Assembly (NCBI GenBank): GCA_937922675.1
Contig: CALAJN010000002.1
Location: 153,192 to 217,191 of the forward strand
Direction of reading: 5' to 3'
Source: an uncultured Granulosicoccaceae bacterium
GTDB taxonomy: Bacteria > Pseudomonadota > Gammaproteobacteria > Granulosicoccales > Granulosicoccaceae
DNA length: 64,000 nucleotides
The translations under genes were made by a program, and so were the position numbers. The notes beneath the pieces are model-generated. The model was not told the origin of the DNA. It saw only the letters and a list, made by a program, of their open reading frames with translations, and searched no databases. Shown here one piece after another: positions 17,281 to 26,696 of this stretch (its first letter is position 1; the number at the start of each line of letters is the position of its first letter).

Positions 17281-17985
17281 CTAGCCGGGTTCAAACATCA
17301 GGCCACCAAAGCGGGCCTGCCCGCTGAAGCCACCGTTATCGCCGTCAATCATGACGGCATAGCCCGAGAGGTTTTTGGGCGGCTCAGGAAAGACCTCGGG
17401 AAAGGCCATGGCGAAGTCTGCCGCAACGTCTCGCTGCTCGCAATGCCAGCTTCCGACGGCCTCTTGCCCGCTCTGCACGGCAATCATCATGGCCTTGTCC
17501 GTAAAGGGATTCAGCCACTGCGTATCTTGCGGCGTGGAAGACGCGAAGACGTAGTTGATGGCGTGGGTGTCCCACGGCAGGAAGCCCGTTTGCACCACCA
17601 CGTACAAGCGTGCGGGAAAATCATCGCCCTTCTTTGATTGCTCGTTGGGGTTGTCGTAGATCGAGTCAACAAGCCATGACCAGCTCAGGATTGGCGTTGC
17701 GGCAAGATCAACCTCTTGCTGGCGGTAGAGGACCGAGGCCTTGCCCTCGGTGCGCGCATCGAGCACACGCAGGCCATCGTGCTCAGTCAGGCGGTACTGA
17801 CTTGCCCCCGCAAACTCTCGAACGTCCCAGCGCTTCAGATCCAATTCTGGCCAGGCTGCGACGGTGTTGTTTCCGATGCTGCAGGTGTTGCTGGCCGTGG
17901 TATTGGTCGCGGTATCAGCAAACGCATGCGCGGTTGGCAGGAACAAGGCGACGACAAGTGGCAGAGAAGTGCGCAGGACTGGCAT
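17281..17985 (-). CDS. DUF3047-like secreted protein
   Basis: Start chosen at the ATG ending at 17985 (MPVLRTSLPLVVALFLPTAHAFA signal peptide). The body (WSWLVDSIYDNPNEQSKKGDDFPARLYVVV) matches my recollection of DUF3047. The longer ORF upstream is antisense to crcB and was discarded. Confidence 0.55.
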   Translation of the reverse strand: MPVLRTSLPLVVALFLPTAHAFADTATNTTASNTCSIGNNTVAAWPELDLKRWDVREFAGASQYRLTEHDGLRVLDARTEGKASVLYRQQEVDLAATPILSWSWLVDSIYDNPNEQSKKGDDFPARLYVVVQTGFLPWDTHAINYVFASSTPQDTQWLNPFTDKAMMIAVQSGQEAVGSWHCEQRDVAADFAMAFPEVFPEPPKNLSGYAVMIDGDNGGFSGQARFGGLMFEPG

Positions 17986-18060
17986 GGGTGGGTAACAATC
18001 ACCGAAGATGAATATCAGTACATTGACACGCGATTCGGTTCCCCATGGACTGACCTGTAT

Positions 18061-18489
18061 ATGACCCCACGCACACGTCGGACGGTGTCCACGCCCGCTC
18101 ATGTGAAGGATTCCACACCGTGGATATCGGGTGCGGCGGCCGTGCTTGTGGGGGGGACTGCAGGTGCAGGGCTTCGACTGGTTTTGCCGGAGCTGCCATT
18201 TGATGTCGCGAGCCCGAGCCTGTTGCCCAATGCGCTCGCCTGCCTTTTGATAGGGTTCCTGCACGGCTCGCGCAAGCGTTGGGCTGCGCTTCTGGCGCCC
18301 TTGGGCGCGATCGGATTCTGCGGTGGTTTGTCGACATTCTCTGGTCTGGCTCTGACATTGGCGCACAGGGTATCGGCGGGCGACGTCTCGCAGGCAGTCC
18401 TCACAGCTTGCCTGGAGGTGGCTCTTGGTCTTTGTCTTGCGTTGCTCGGCGATACCGTGGCTACGCGCCTGTGGCGGGCCAGGGTGTGA
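18061..18489 (+). CDS. crcB: CrcB/Fluc-family fluoride channel subunit (copy 1)
   Basis: The C-terminal 120 aa show a CrcB pattern (VGGTAGAGLR, PNALACLLIGFL, GFCGGLSTFSGL). The start is uncertain: ATG 18061, or an in-frame GTG near 18145. Confidence 0.6.
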   Translation: MTPRTRRTVSTPAHVKDSTPWISGAAAVLVGGTAGAGLRLVLPELPFDVASPSLLPNALACLLIGFLHGSRKRWAALLAPLGAIGFCGGLSTFSGLALTLAHRVSAGDVSQAVLTACLEVALGLCLALLGDTVATRLWRARV

Positions 18490-18953
18490 GCACGCAGATC
18501 GTGCTCGGAACCGAGGCGATGATAGCGTTGGCAGGCGGCGCAGGAGCCGTTGCTCGCTATGCGCTGGTGCGTCTGGCAGTCAACCGTGCCGTTACGATGA
18601 CGCTGTTGATCAATGTCGCTGGCAGTCTGTTGCTGGGGTGCTCGATCGGGCTGATGACACTGAACGGCGAGGGGAGCTTGTGGCTGCTGGCGGCAGGTTT
18701 TTGCGGCGGGTTCACCACCTTTTCAAGCTTTGCCCTGCACGTACTCGATGCCGGGCGTGATGATCGATTGGGTCACCGTGTATTCAAGGCGAATGGACTT
18801 GTGGTCGCGCACGTCAGCGTCTGTCTGATCGCGGTGCTGTTCGGTTGGGCGATCGTTGGAGGAACTGTCGGGGGCTGCTGTGCGTATCATCTAGCATCCC
18901 AGGCAGGCCAACACGATTGCAACACTACCCATGACAAACCCGGCAGCGGCTGA
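18486..18953 (+). CDS. crcB: CrcB/Fluc-family fluoride channel subunit (copy 2)
   Basis: The GTG start shares the sequence GTGA (18486..18489) with the stop of copy 1; an alternative ATG is at 18519. Motifs are GGAGAVARY, INVAGSLLLG and GFCGGFTTFSSF. Confidence 0.75.
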   Translation: MSTQIVLGTEAMIALAGGAGAVARYALVRLAVNRAVTMTLLINVAGSLLLGCSIGLMTLNGEGSLWLLAAGFCGGFTTFSSFALHVLDAGRDDRLGHRVFKANGLVVAHVSVCLIAVLFGWAIVGGTVGGCCAYHLASQAGQHDCNTTHDKPGSG

Positions 18954-19998
18954 CGATCGGGCAAGGCGTCGGTTCCGACGATTTGCCATCGCTACGGTGG
19001 TGACAATTTATGCACTGATTCTGGTCGGCGGCATCGTGCGCGCAACCGGCGCTGGCATGGGTTGTCCGGATTGGCCGACGTGTTTCGGGCAGTGGATTCC
19101 GCCAACCGCTGAGTCTCAGCTGCCTGCCGACTATCAAACGATCTACGCTGATCGTGGCTATGCCAATACGACTTTCAATGTCACCAAGACCTGGACCGAG
19201 TACCTGAACCGATTGCTGGGTGTGTTCACGGGTTTCACCATCCTGTTGACCTTGATAGCGGCATGGCCGCTGCGTCGGCGAGCCAGTGCAAACACCGGCA
19301 AACCCGGGGACTCAAACAGCATCTTTGTGCTGTCGCTTGCCGCCTTTGTGCTGGTGGTTTTTCAGGGGTGGTTGGGCTCGCGTGTTGTCGCGAGCAATTT
19401 GTCGCCGGGCATGATCACGGTGCACATGCTGGTCGCACAAATTATTGTCGGCCTGGTGATAGCCTCGGTTGTCAGTGCGTCTCGGCCGCGCATTGATGTT
19501 GATGCCGTGAGAGCGCTACCGCCCTTGATCAGTACCGGTTTGATCGTTGCTATGGTGTTGGGGCTTTCGCAGCTGATCATTGGTACTCAGGTGCGCGAGG
19601 CGGTTGACTTGATCGCACGTGCCAGTGACCATGAAAATCGCCACCTGTGGATCGATAACCTGCCTTGGGTGTTCACGCTGCACAAATGGTATGCATTGCC
19701 TTTGGTTGCACTCAACGGCTGGCTCGCGTGGCAGTTGCTATCCAGCAATCACAGTGGCGTGCTGCGTTCGTTGAACATCGCACTTGTCGCCTTGTTGCTT
19801 GGCACGAGCTTGATTGGAATGAGCATGGATCGGCTGAACTTGCCGATGTTTGCGCAGCCACTGCACCTCTGGTTTGCATCGCTGATCTTCGGTGTCCAGC
19901 TTGCCATCACACTGGTGTTGCGCAGTGCACGTACCGAGCTTGCACAACCGCCTCGCAACCAATCGCCACGAGGTGTGGGTACTGCAACACAAACGTGA
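18931..19998 (+). CDS. ctaA: COX15/CtaA-family heme A synthase
   Basis: 355-aa polytopic ORF with the characteristic GAGMGCPDWPTCFGQWIPP motif and His-containing TM helices. Confidence 0.8.
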   Translation: MTNPAAADDRARRRFRRFAIATVVTIYALILVGGIVRATGAGMGCPDWPTCFGQWIPPTAESQLPADYQTIYADRGYANTTFNVTKTWTEYLNRLLGVFTGFTILLTLIAAWPLRRRASANTGKPGDSNSIFVLSLAAFVLVVFQGWLGSRVVASNLSPGMITVHMLVAQIIVGLVIASVVSASRPRIDVDAVRALPPLISTGLIVAMVLGLSQLIIGTQVREAVDLIARASDHENRHLWIDNLPWVFTLHKWYALPLVALNGWLAWQLLSSNHSGVLRSLNIALVALLLGTSLIGMSMDRLNLPMFAQPLHLWFASLIFGVQLAITLVLRSARTELAQPPRNQSPRGVGTATQT

Positions 19999-20121
19999 AT
20001 CGGCTTGCGGCAGCGGGTCGCGGTTGTTTTACTGTTAATGCAATCAGCCAGGCCTCCCGGGGCTTGAGTTGCGGGTGTCGCTGAGTAAGGGTGTGAGCTT
20101 CTGCTTACATCAGGAGTCGAT

Positions 20122-20526
20122 ATGGATATCGCTCGCACATCAGGTCGCACATCATGGAGCAGGTCTTGTAGTGCTGCCTGCATAACGCTCAGCTGCCTTG
20201 TCTGGCTGTGTTCAGCCGCTGTTGTTCACGCAGCCGGGGGCGCCGAGCGGTTGAACATCAATCTTGCCAGTGCGGCAGAGCTCGCGCAGTCGCTGCCCGG
20301 TATCGGGCCGGTCAAGGCATCGAGGATCGTGGAACACAGACAGATCTCAGGTGCTTTCGAGACGATCGAGGCTTTGATTGACGTAAAGGGGATTGGTCCT
20401 GGGACACTGAACAAGCTCAGAGACCTCATCACTGTCGGCGTTGAGCTTGAATCACGTGCAGAGGCGCGTGAGGCCATGGTGACTGACTCTGTCAGGCGCG
20501 TCATCGCGCGGGCCAAAGAGCCCTGA
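20122..20526 (+). CDS. comEA: ComEA-family helix-hairpin-helix DNA-binding protein
   Basis: Signal/anchor N-terminus followed by LNINLASAAELAQSLPGIGPVKASRIVEHRQISGAFETIEALIDVKGIGPGTLNKL, a tandem HhH. Confidence 0.8.
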   Translation: MDIARTSGRTSWSRSCSAACITLSCLVWLCSAAVVHAAGGAERLNINLASAAELAQSLPGIGPVKASRIVEHRQISGAFETIEALIDVKGIGPGTLNKLRDLITVGVELESRAEAREAMVTDSVRRVIARAKEP

Positions 20527-20537
20527 GCCCTGAATGC

Positions 20538-21068
20538 CTAGTCGCCTTCGAAGGCGCACAAGGTGTGTACGCGAACGTCGAGCGACTCCACACGCGCTCG
20601 ACCACCAAGGTCCGGCAAGTCGATGATGAAACCACAACCGACGATATGACCTTGTTGTCGTCGCACGAGATTGATGCCTGCCTCGCAGGTGCCACCGGTT
20701 GCGATCAAATCATCAACCAGCAACACGCGCTCGCCCGGCTTGATGGCATCATCATGAAGCTCCATCACAGCCTCGCCGTACTCGAGGGTGTAGGCCTCCG
20801 AGCTGCGCGGCCCCGGTAACTTGCCCGCTTTGCGAATGGGCACAAAGCCGACGGATAGCTGATGCGCGATAGCGCCGCCCATGATGAAGCCTCTGGCCTC
20901 CAGAGCGGCGACCTTGTCAATGCGCTCTCCTGCCCAGGGGTGCAAGAGCATATCGATGGCCATGCGAAAGGCACGCGCATCGTTGAACAGGGTGGTGACA
21001 TCGCGGAACTGGATGCCGGGCTCCGGGAAGTCAGGAATCGTCCGGATGGAGTCCTTGATGATGTCCAT
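20538..21068 (-). CDS. apt: adenine phosphoribosyltransferase
   Basis: Start chosen at [29 protein letters not shown]-binding motif [13 protein letters not shown]. Confidence 0.9.
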   Translation of the reverse strand: MDIIKDSIRTIPDFPEPGIQFRDVTTLFNDARAFRMAIDMLLHPWAGERIDKVAALEARGFIMGGAIAHQLSVGFVPIRKAGKLPGPRSSEAYTLEYGEAVMELHDDAIKPGERVLLVDDLIATGGTCEAGINLVRRQQGHIVGCGFIIDLPDLGGRARVESLDVRVHTLCAFEGD

Positions 21069-21205
21069 GAGGTGTTGATGAAGATTGCTTGCGACCAGCT
21101 GCGGAGCTCGAGCGTAGCGCATTGTGTCGTCTGCATGGCGCGTGGCAGCCGGTGCTACCATTTGGGTTCAGAAGACTCGTTGGATCACAGAGAGAGACAC
21201 CCTAG

Positions 21206-21850
21206 ATGGCACGCAATATTTTGCTCGCTTCGGCACTTGCCTTGCTGCTCGGCGGCTGTACAACGGCTAAATACGGAGCACTGGAGAAAGTCGGCATTCA
21301 CAAACGCGATATTCTGGTCGGCAATGTAGAGGATGCCAGAGAGTCCCAGGAAGACGCCCGTGAGGAATTCAAGGACGCGCTAGAGCGCTTCGAGAGTGTG
21401 GTGGATATTGAGGAAACTGGCCTCAAGAAAGCCTACAACCAGCTCAACGACGAGTATGAGGATGCTCAGGAAGCGGCAGAAGACGTCAGCGATCGGATAG
21501 ACGATGTCGAGCAGGTGGCCGAGGATCTGTTTGATGAGTGGGCGGACGAGAACAAGCTCTATTCAGACCAATCGCTCAAGCGCGATAGTGAAACCCGCCT
21601 CAAGCAGACGCGCGCGCGATATCAGGAGATGCTTGCAAGCATGCAGTCGGCAGAGGCCAGCATGCAGCCGGTGCTCGATACCCTGCGTGACAACGTCTTC
21701 TACCTGAAGCACAACCTCAATGCGCAGGCAGTCGGCTCGCTCAAAGGTACCTTCACCAGTCTTGAAGGTGACATCGACCGCTTGATCGCACAGATGAACC
21801 GCTCAATAGAGCGATCCAATGCGTTTATCTCCGAGATGTCCGGTGCCTGA
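21206..21850 (+). CDS. DUF2959-like lipoprotein
   Basis: Lipobox LLLGGC, then a coiled-coil acidic body (KRDILVGNVEDARESQEDAREEFKDALERF) that matches my recollection of DUF2959. Confidence 0.6.
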   Translation: MARNILLASALALLLGGCTTAKYGALEKVGIHKRDILVGNVEDARESQEDAREEFKDALERFESVVDIEETGLKKAYNQLNDEYEDAQEAAEDVSDRIDDVEQVAEDLFDEWADENKLYSDQSLKRDSETRLKQTRARYQEMLASMQSAEASMQPVLDTLRDNVFYLKHNLNAQAVGSLKGTFTSLEGDIDRLIAQMNRSIERSNAFISEMSGA

Positions 21851-22166
21851 GAGCAGGACTGACGACACAGCGCCCCCGCCCACCTTGGACGAGGCGCTGG
21901 CGCAGGAGTGGGGCGTCATCTCCTGGGATGAGCTGGCGCGTCATTTCGCACGCGGAGTCGTGATCACGGTGTCTGTGCGTCTGGACTTGCTGAACGTTGC
22001 CAAAGGCTTTGCCGCAGACGACAAGGCGCTGGTCGAGCAGTGGCTGGCGGCTGAAGATGTAGCCCGCGCCTCTGACGATGATGCACGTGCTTGGGTCGAG
22101 CGATCGCCGAGTTTTCGTTGTGTTGTTACCGCGCCCTGGGTGCTGGTTCAGGAGATGGAGGGCTAG
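21819..22166 (+). CDS. DUF2288-like protein
   Basis: 115-aa ORF overlapping the previous stop; an alternative GTG is at 21843. The WDELARHFARGVVITV...ALVEQWL pattern is recalled from DUF2288. Confidence 0.45.
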   Translation: MRLSPRCPVPESRTDDTAPPPTLDEALAQEWGVISWDELARHFARGVVITVSVRLDLLNVAKGFAADDKALVEQWLAAEDVARASDDDARAWVERSPSFRCVVTAPWVLVQEMEG

Positions 22167-22187
22167 GCCCGCAAACCATTGAACTCG

Positions 22188-23387
22188 TCAGGCCAATCGA
22201 CCCTTACGGGCCGCTTTGACGATAAATCGATGAGGTGCGAGCTCCGGCGCCCAGGTTTGCAGTATCGACCCGGTGCCGCAGAGCCAGTCGGCCAACAAGT
22301 GGGCCGATAGCGGCGCTGTGATGATCCCACGGGAACCAAAGCCGCCGAGTACCGACAGGCCGTCGATATAGGAGGGCCGTGCGTAGGTCTCGGCCGCTCT
22401 TCCGCGATGCAGATCTGCCCAGTCCCTGCGAGCAATCCCGGCATCGCACACGGGGCCGACAAACGGCAGGCGATCTGGCGTTGTCGCGCGTACGCCGGCG
22501 CGGGATTCAAGCGCCTTGCCCGTTTTTTGTCCAACCAGATGTTCGACACCGTTACGATTGAGTTGTTGGTCGCTGACACGCGTTGTGGGATCGATATCGT
22601 CGCGTTGATACGTGGAGCCTGCAATTAAAGTGTCACCATCGGGCACCACCCAGTGCAAGCCTGTCACCACACAAGACACCTGACACTGGTTGCGCTCAAA
22701 TCGATCCAATTGGCCGCGGGCAGGTGTTACCGGTAGATGGGCGGTGGCAGACAGCTCATGCAATGCGGCACCGTTGGCAAGCACGACATGTTCGACTCGC
22801 TCAGGCGTGTTATCGCCGATGCTCACGTGCCAGTCGTGCTCGGCTTGTAGGGCTATAGTGGCAGGCTTGCCAAAGTGAGTTGTGAGCGTGGCAGTCTCGA
22901 TCAATGCACGACACAGGGCGCCGGGATCCAGCCAGCCGCCGCGCTTGAAAAAGAGCCCTGATGCTTCGCCAACAGCTTCAGCACTCAGACCGCTGCGTTG
23001 TGCGACCTCGGCACTGGTGCACGTATCAAGGTCCGTGCGTGATGGCCATGGCTTGGCCAGTAATTGCATGACACCACAGGCGTGAAAACGCGCGGGTGTG
23101 GCAAGTGCATCCTGCTCGAGTCGGGCCAGCAAGTGCTCAAAGGCCTGGCAGTGAAATGCCTCGGCTCGACTGGCATCACGGGTTACAAAGGGTTTGACAA
23201 CGCCTGCCGGATTACCTGATGCAGCACTGGCAGGTCCTGCGCCCTGATCGCACAGCAGGACTCGGCGCCCGCGGCGTGACAGTTCAAAGGCCAACCAGCA
23301 ACCGGCAAGTCCGGCACCGATAATGGCTATCCGTGATTGCTCGGGGAGCGAGGGCGAGGGGGGTAGCTCGAACCAGGGCGGGGTCAC
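22188..23387 (-). CDS. FAD-dependent oxidoreductase resembling the C-terminal (oxidase) domain of MnmC
   Basis: 399-aa ORF. Dinucleotide-binding motif RIAIIGAGLAGCWLAFELSRRGRRVLLCDQ. DAO-family architecture, with no methyltransferase domain. Confidence 0.6.
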   Translation of the reverse strand: MTPPWFELPPSPSLPEQSRIAIIGAGLAGCWLAFELSRRGRRVLLCDQGAGPASAASGNPAGVVKPFVTRDASRAEAFHCQAFEHLLARLEQDALATPARFHACGVMQLLAKPWPSRTDLDTCTSAEVAQRSGLSAEAVGEASGLFFKRGGWLDPGALCRALIETATLTTHFGKPATIALQAEHDWHVSIGDNTPERVEHVVLANGAALHELSATAHLPVTPARGQLDRFERNQCQVSCVVTGLHWVVPDGDTLIAGSTYQRDDIDPTTRVSDQQLNRNGVEHLVGQKTGKALESRAGVRATTPDRLPFVGPVCDAGIARRDWADLHRGRAAETYARPSYIDGLSVLGGFGSRGIITAPLSAHLLADWLCGTGSILQTWAPELAPHRFIVKAARKGRLA

Positions 23388-23409
23388 AGGGCCGTGTCAC
23401 AGGGCGAGG

Positions 23410-24651
23410 TCAGGCGGCGCTCCCGAAGCGCGATTCTATGTAGCGATCGACAACACCCTGAAACTCCTCGGCGATGTGATCACCCTTCAGCGTCATGGCC
23501 TTCTCGCCATCGATGTAAACGGGGGCTACCGGTGTCTCACCGGTACCGGGCAAGCTGATGCCGATATCGGCGTGCTTACTCTCGCCGGGGCCATTGACCA
23601 CACAACCCATCACCGCAACCGTCATGTCTTCGACACCCTTGTATTGGGTCTTCCAGGTGGGCATGTTGTCACGCAGGTAGGTCTGGATTCGATCGGCGAG
23701 TTCCTGAAAGTAGGTGCTGCTGGTGCGACCGCAACCGGGGCAGGCAGTCACCATCGGGGTGAATGCGCGCAGCCCCATGGTCTGCAGAATCTCCTGACCG
23801 ACAACGACTTCCCTGGTGCGATCACCGCCGGGTTCGGGTGTCAGTGAGATACGAATGGTGTCACCGATGCCTTGCTGCAGGAGCACCGCCAGCGCAGCCG
23901 TCGATGCAACGATGCCCTTGGAGCCCATGCCGGCCTCGGTAAGCCCCAGGTGCAGCGCGTAGGACGAGCGATCGCCGAGGCTCTTGTAGACACTGATCAG
24001 ATCCTGCACGCGGCTCATCTTGCAGGAAATGATGATGCGATCAGCACCGAGTCCAAGCTCCTCAGCCCGTGCCGCGCTCTCGAGGGCAGATGCGATCACA
24101 GCCTCTCGGTTGATGGCCTCAAGCGGCTTGGGGTTGTCAGAGGCGAGGTTGGCGTCGAGCATGCGGGCGAGCAGATCCTGATCCAGACTGCCCCAATTGG
24201 CGCCGATGCGCACCGGCTTGTCATGTTGGGCGGCAATCTCGATCATCTCGGCAAACTGGGTGTCGCGTTTGGCCCCGCGGCCGACATTGCCAGGATTGAT
24301 GCGGTACTTGGCCAGGGCCTGGGCGCAATCCGGCGCCGCCTTCAATAGCTTGTGGCCATTGAAATGAAAGTCCCCGATCAGCGGCACGTGGACGTCCATG
24401 GCGGCCAGCCGGTCGCGGATTTCGGGTACGGCATTGGCCGCCGCTTCGTTGTTGACCGTGATGCGCACCAGCTCGGATCCGGCACGCGCCAGATCGGCTA
24501 CCTGAGCCGCTGTGCGCACGGCATCCACCGTGTCGGTGTTGGTCATCGACTGCACCACAATCGGGGCGCCACCGCCAATCGCGACGGCGGCGTCACTCGT
24601 GACGCTCCGAATCATTACCTGGTGCGTATTTTTCCTCGGCATCTCAAACAC
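23410..24651 (-). CDS. ispG: 4-hydroxy-3-methylbut-2-en-1-yl diphosphate synthase (flavodoxin)
   Basis: 413-aa ORF with [17 protein letters not shown], and Cys ligands CPGCGRT and GCVVNGPGE. Confidence 0.9.
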   Translation of the reverse strand: MFEMPRKNTHQVMIRSVTSDAAVAIGGGAPIVVQSMTNTDTVDAVRTAAQVADLARAGSELVRITVNNEAAANAVPEIRDRLAAMDVHVPLIGDFHFNGHKLLKAAPDCAQALAKYRINPGNVGRGAKRDTQFAEMIEIAAQHDKPVRIGANWGSLDQDLLARMLDANLASDNPKPLEAINREAVIASALESAARAEELGLGADRIIISCKMSRVQDLISVYKSLGDRSSYALHLGLTEAGMGSKGIVASTAALAVLLQQGIGDTIRISLTPEPGGDRTREVVVGQEILQTMGLRAFTPMVTACPGCGRTSSTYFQELADRIQTYLRDNMPTWKTQYKGVEDMTVAVMGCVVNGPGESKHADIGISLPGTGETPVAPVYIDGEKAMTLKGDHIAEEFQGVVDRYIESRFGSAA

Positions 24652-24740
24652 TTGATCGACCTTGAGCGGCCCACTAGTTTACTGTGTATGTGTATGAGTG
24701 ACGCCCCCATCAGCGATAACACCCTGCAAGTGACGCTTCT

Positions 24741-25802
24741 GTGAGCAACGAATCCAGCAATCCGATCAGTGAACGCGAACAGCACATCCTCAAGGTGCTC
24801 GTCGATCAGTACATAGCGCTCGGTACACCCGTCGGATCGCGCACCTTGTCACGGCTGCCGGGGATCGACATCAGCGCGGCGTCTGTGCGCAATGTGATGG
24901 GCGATCTTGAGGAGATGGGCTTGCTGCGCTCGCCTCATACCTCTGCGGGCCGTGTGCCCACTTCCAAGGCGTTCCGGGTATTTGTGGATTCTCTGCTTGA
25001 GGTTCGTCCACCCAACGAAAGCACGGTGGCCGAGTTGCGTGCCACCCTGGACCCCAGCCTCGATGATCAGTCCCTGATAACGCTTGCGACCAACTACCTC
25101 TCTGGCTGCACTCGCATGGCCGGAATGGTTACTGTGCCTCACCGTGAGGACAAGGCACTGCAACAGGTCGAATTCATCCCTCTGTCCGAGCAGCGTGTGC
25201 TGGCGGTGCTGGTCATTGACGGCGAGGAGGTGCAAAACCGTATCGTCACGGTCGACCGTGATTACAGCAAGGATGAGCTGTCGGCCTTTGCCAGACAGCT
25301 GAACGCGGAATACCTCGGCAAGCCGCTCAATGAGATTCGCGAGCGACTGAGGCATGACCTGGAGGCGACGCGCGAGGACATGGACAAGACCATGCAGCAG
25401 TTGATCCAGATTGCCGGTCGCGTACTGGATGATTCTGCGGCGCCCCCCGCGGACAGTGCCTGCATGGTGGTCAGCGGTGAGACCAATCTCATGACCCACG
25501 AAGACCTGTCGGATGTAGGAAAATTGCGCGAGCTGTTTGCAGCCTTTGAAAAAAAACGAGACATCTACGCGCTGCTGGAGCGGTGCAACTCGGCCGATGG
25601 TGTGCAGATCTTCATCGGCCGCGAGTCGGGCTACGAGGCGCTTGGTGATGTCAGCCTGGTGACCGCCCCCTACGAGATTGGTGGCGAGGTGCTGGGTGTG
25701 CTGGGTGTGGTGGGGCCGAAGCGCATGTCCTACGCTGATGTGATTCCCGTGGTCGATGTGACTTCAAGATTGTTGGGCGCGGCCTTGAATCGGCGCAGTT
25801 AG
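24741..25802 (+). CDS. hrcA: heat-inducible transcription repressor HrcA
   Basis: GTG start. The product begins ...EREQHILKVLVDQYIALGTPVGSRTLSRLPGIDISAASVRNVMGDLEEMGLLRSPHTSAGRVPT, which is HrcA-typical, and it precedes grpE-dnaK-dnaJ. Confidence 0.9.
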   Translation: MSNESSNPISEREQHILKVLVDQYIALGTPVGSRTLSRLPGIDISAASVRNVMGDLEEMGLLRSPHTSAGRVPTSKAFRVFVDSLLEVRPPNESTVAELRATLDPSLDDQSLITLATNYLSGCTRMAGMVTVPHREDKALQQVEFIPLSEQRVLAVLVIDGEEVQNRIVTVDRDYSKDELSAFARQLNAEYLGKPLNEIRERLRHDLEATREDMDKTMQQLIQIAGRVLDDSAAPPADSACMVVSGETNLMTHEDLSDVGKLRELFAAFEKKRDIYALLERCNSADGVQIFIGRESGYEALGDVSLVTAPYEIGGEVLGVLGVVGPKRMSYADVIPVVDVTSRLLGAALNRRS

Positions 25803-25859
25803 TCGCTACTGTTGGCCTGCGAGACGAGGCACAAGCGAACTACTGGACACAAATATCGA

Positions 25860-26588
25860 ATGACTCCCGAGGACAAGGTGCCGGAGACGCCGGCACACGA
25901 AGGCGACGATCCGGACGATCAGGCCGCAGCCAACACCACGTCGGACATGCCGACTGACGAGGTGCAAGGTAGCCCTCAGCAGGGGGCCGCTCAGTCGGGT
26001 TGCGAGACTGTCGTGGACCCGCGTGTTGACGATGTGCTCGGCGAGGGCGCAGAGCAGGCCAGTGCCGAGGATCAAGTCAGCGCCCCTGACTCTGATGACT
26101 CGGTCGAAGCGCCCGACTCGCTCGAAGCGCTCAAGGAGAAGCTCGCTGCCGCCGAGGCGCGTGCCGATGAGAACTACGACCGCATGCTCCGCATGCAGGC
26201 AGATGTCGAGAACAAGAACAAGCGGGCGCAGCGCGATGTGCAGAACGCACGCAAGTTCGCCCTTGAGGCCATCGCCAATGAGCTGTTACCGATCAGGGAC
26301 AGCCTTGAAATGGGACTGGCGGCAGCGCGTGAGGAAGCAGCGTCTGTGGACTCCATTCGAGAGGGCAGCGAGCTGACGCTCAACATGCTCAGCTCGGCCA
26401 TGGAGAAGCACCAGATCTGTGAGTTGAATCCGGTGGGGGAGAAGTTTGACCCCGAGTTTCATCAGGCGATGTCGATGCTGCCGGTCGAGGATGGCACCGA
26501 GCCCAACACCGTGATCCACGTCATGCAGAAAGGTTACACGCTCAATGAGCGCTTGATTCGCCCGGCGCTGGTCACAGTCGCAAAGTGA
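25860..26588 (+). CDS. grpE: nucleotide exchange factor GrpE
   Basis: ATG 25860. Acidic N-terminus, then YDRMLRMQADVENKNKRAQRD and a C-terminal GYTLNERLIRPALVTV. Confidence 0.9.
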   Translation: MTPEDKVPETPAHEGDDPDDQAAANTTSDMPTDEVQGSPQQGAAQSGCETVVDPRVDDVLGEGAEQASAEDQVSAPDSDDSVEAPDSLEALKEKLAAAEARADENYDRMLRMQADVENKNKRAQRDVQNARKFALEAIANELLPIRDSLEMGLAAAREEAASVDSIREGSELTLNMLSSAMEKHQICELNPVGEKFDPEFHQAMSMLPVEDGTEPNTVIHVMQKGYTLNERLIRPALVTVAK

Positions 26589-26598
26589 CCGCCGCGGT

Positions 26599-26629
26599 GT
26601 TGAAAAGGTCGACACCACACCTCACATAG
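26599..26629 (+). promoter_or_regulatory. candidate sigma-32-type heat-shock promoter upstream of dnaK
   Basis: gTTGAAA (26600-26605), 14 nt, then CCTCACATA (26620-26628), compared with the consensus CTTGAAA-N11-16-CCCCATNT. It lies 68 nt upstream of the dnaK ATG. Confidence 0.35.
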
Positions 26630-26696
26630 TAATCAGCCCGGGTCGCGCCTCCACGAGGGCGGCACGTTTTTCAGAATCACGATACGGAATAGATCA

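Noticed and set aside
17986-18060. Fluoride (crcB-motif) riboswitch upstream of the crcB pair
   Set aside because: I could not find the conserved core (GGnGAUGg..uUCnCC ... CUgAUGAUGCCUAC-like) by eye. This is not excluded, and a covariance-model scan would be decisive.
17986-18366. N-terminal 127 codons of the 361-aa minus-strand ORF upstream of the DUF3047 start
   Set aside because: This part is antisense to crcB copy 1 and is Arg/Gln-rich. An internal ATG gives a clean signal peptide, so the short form was adopted.
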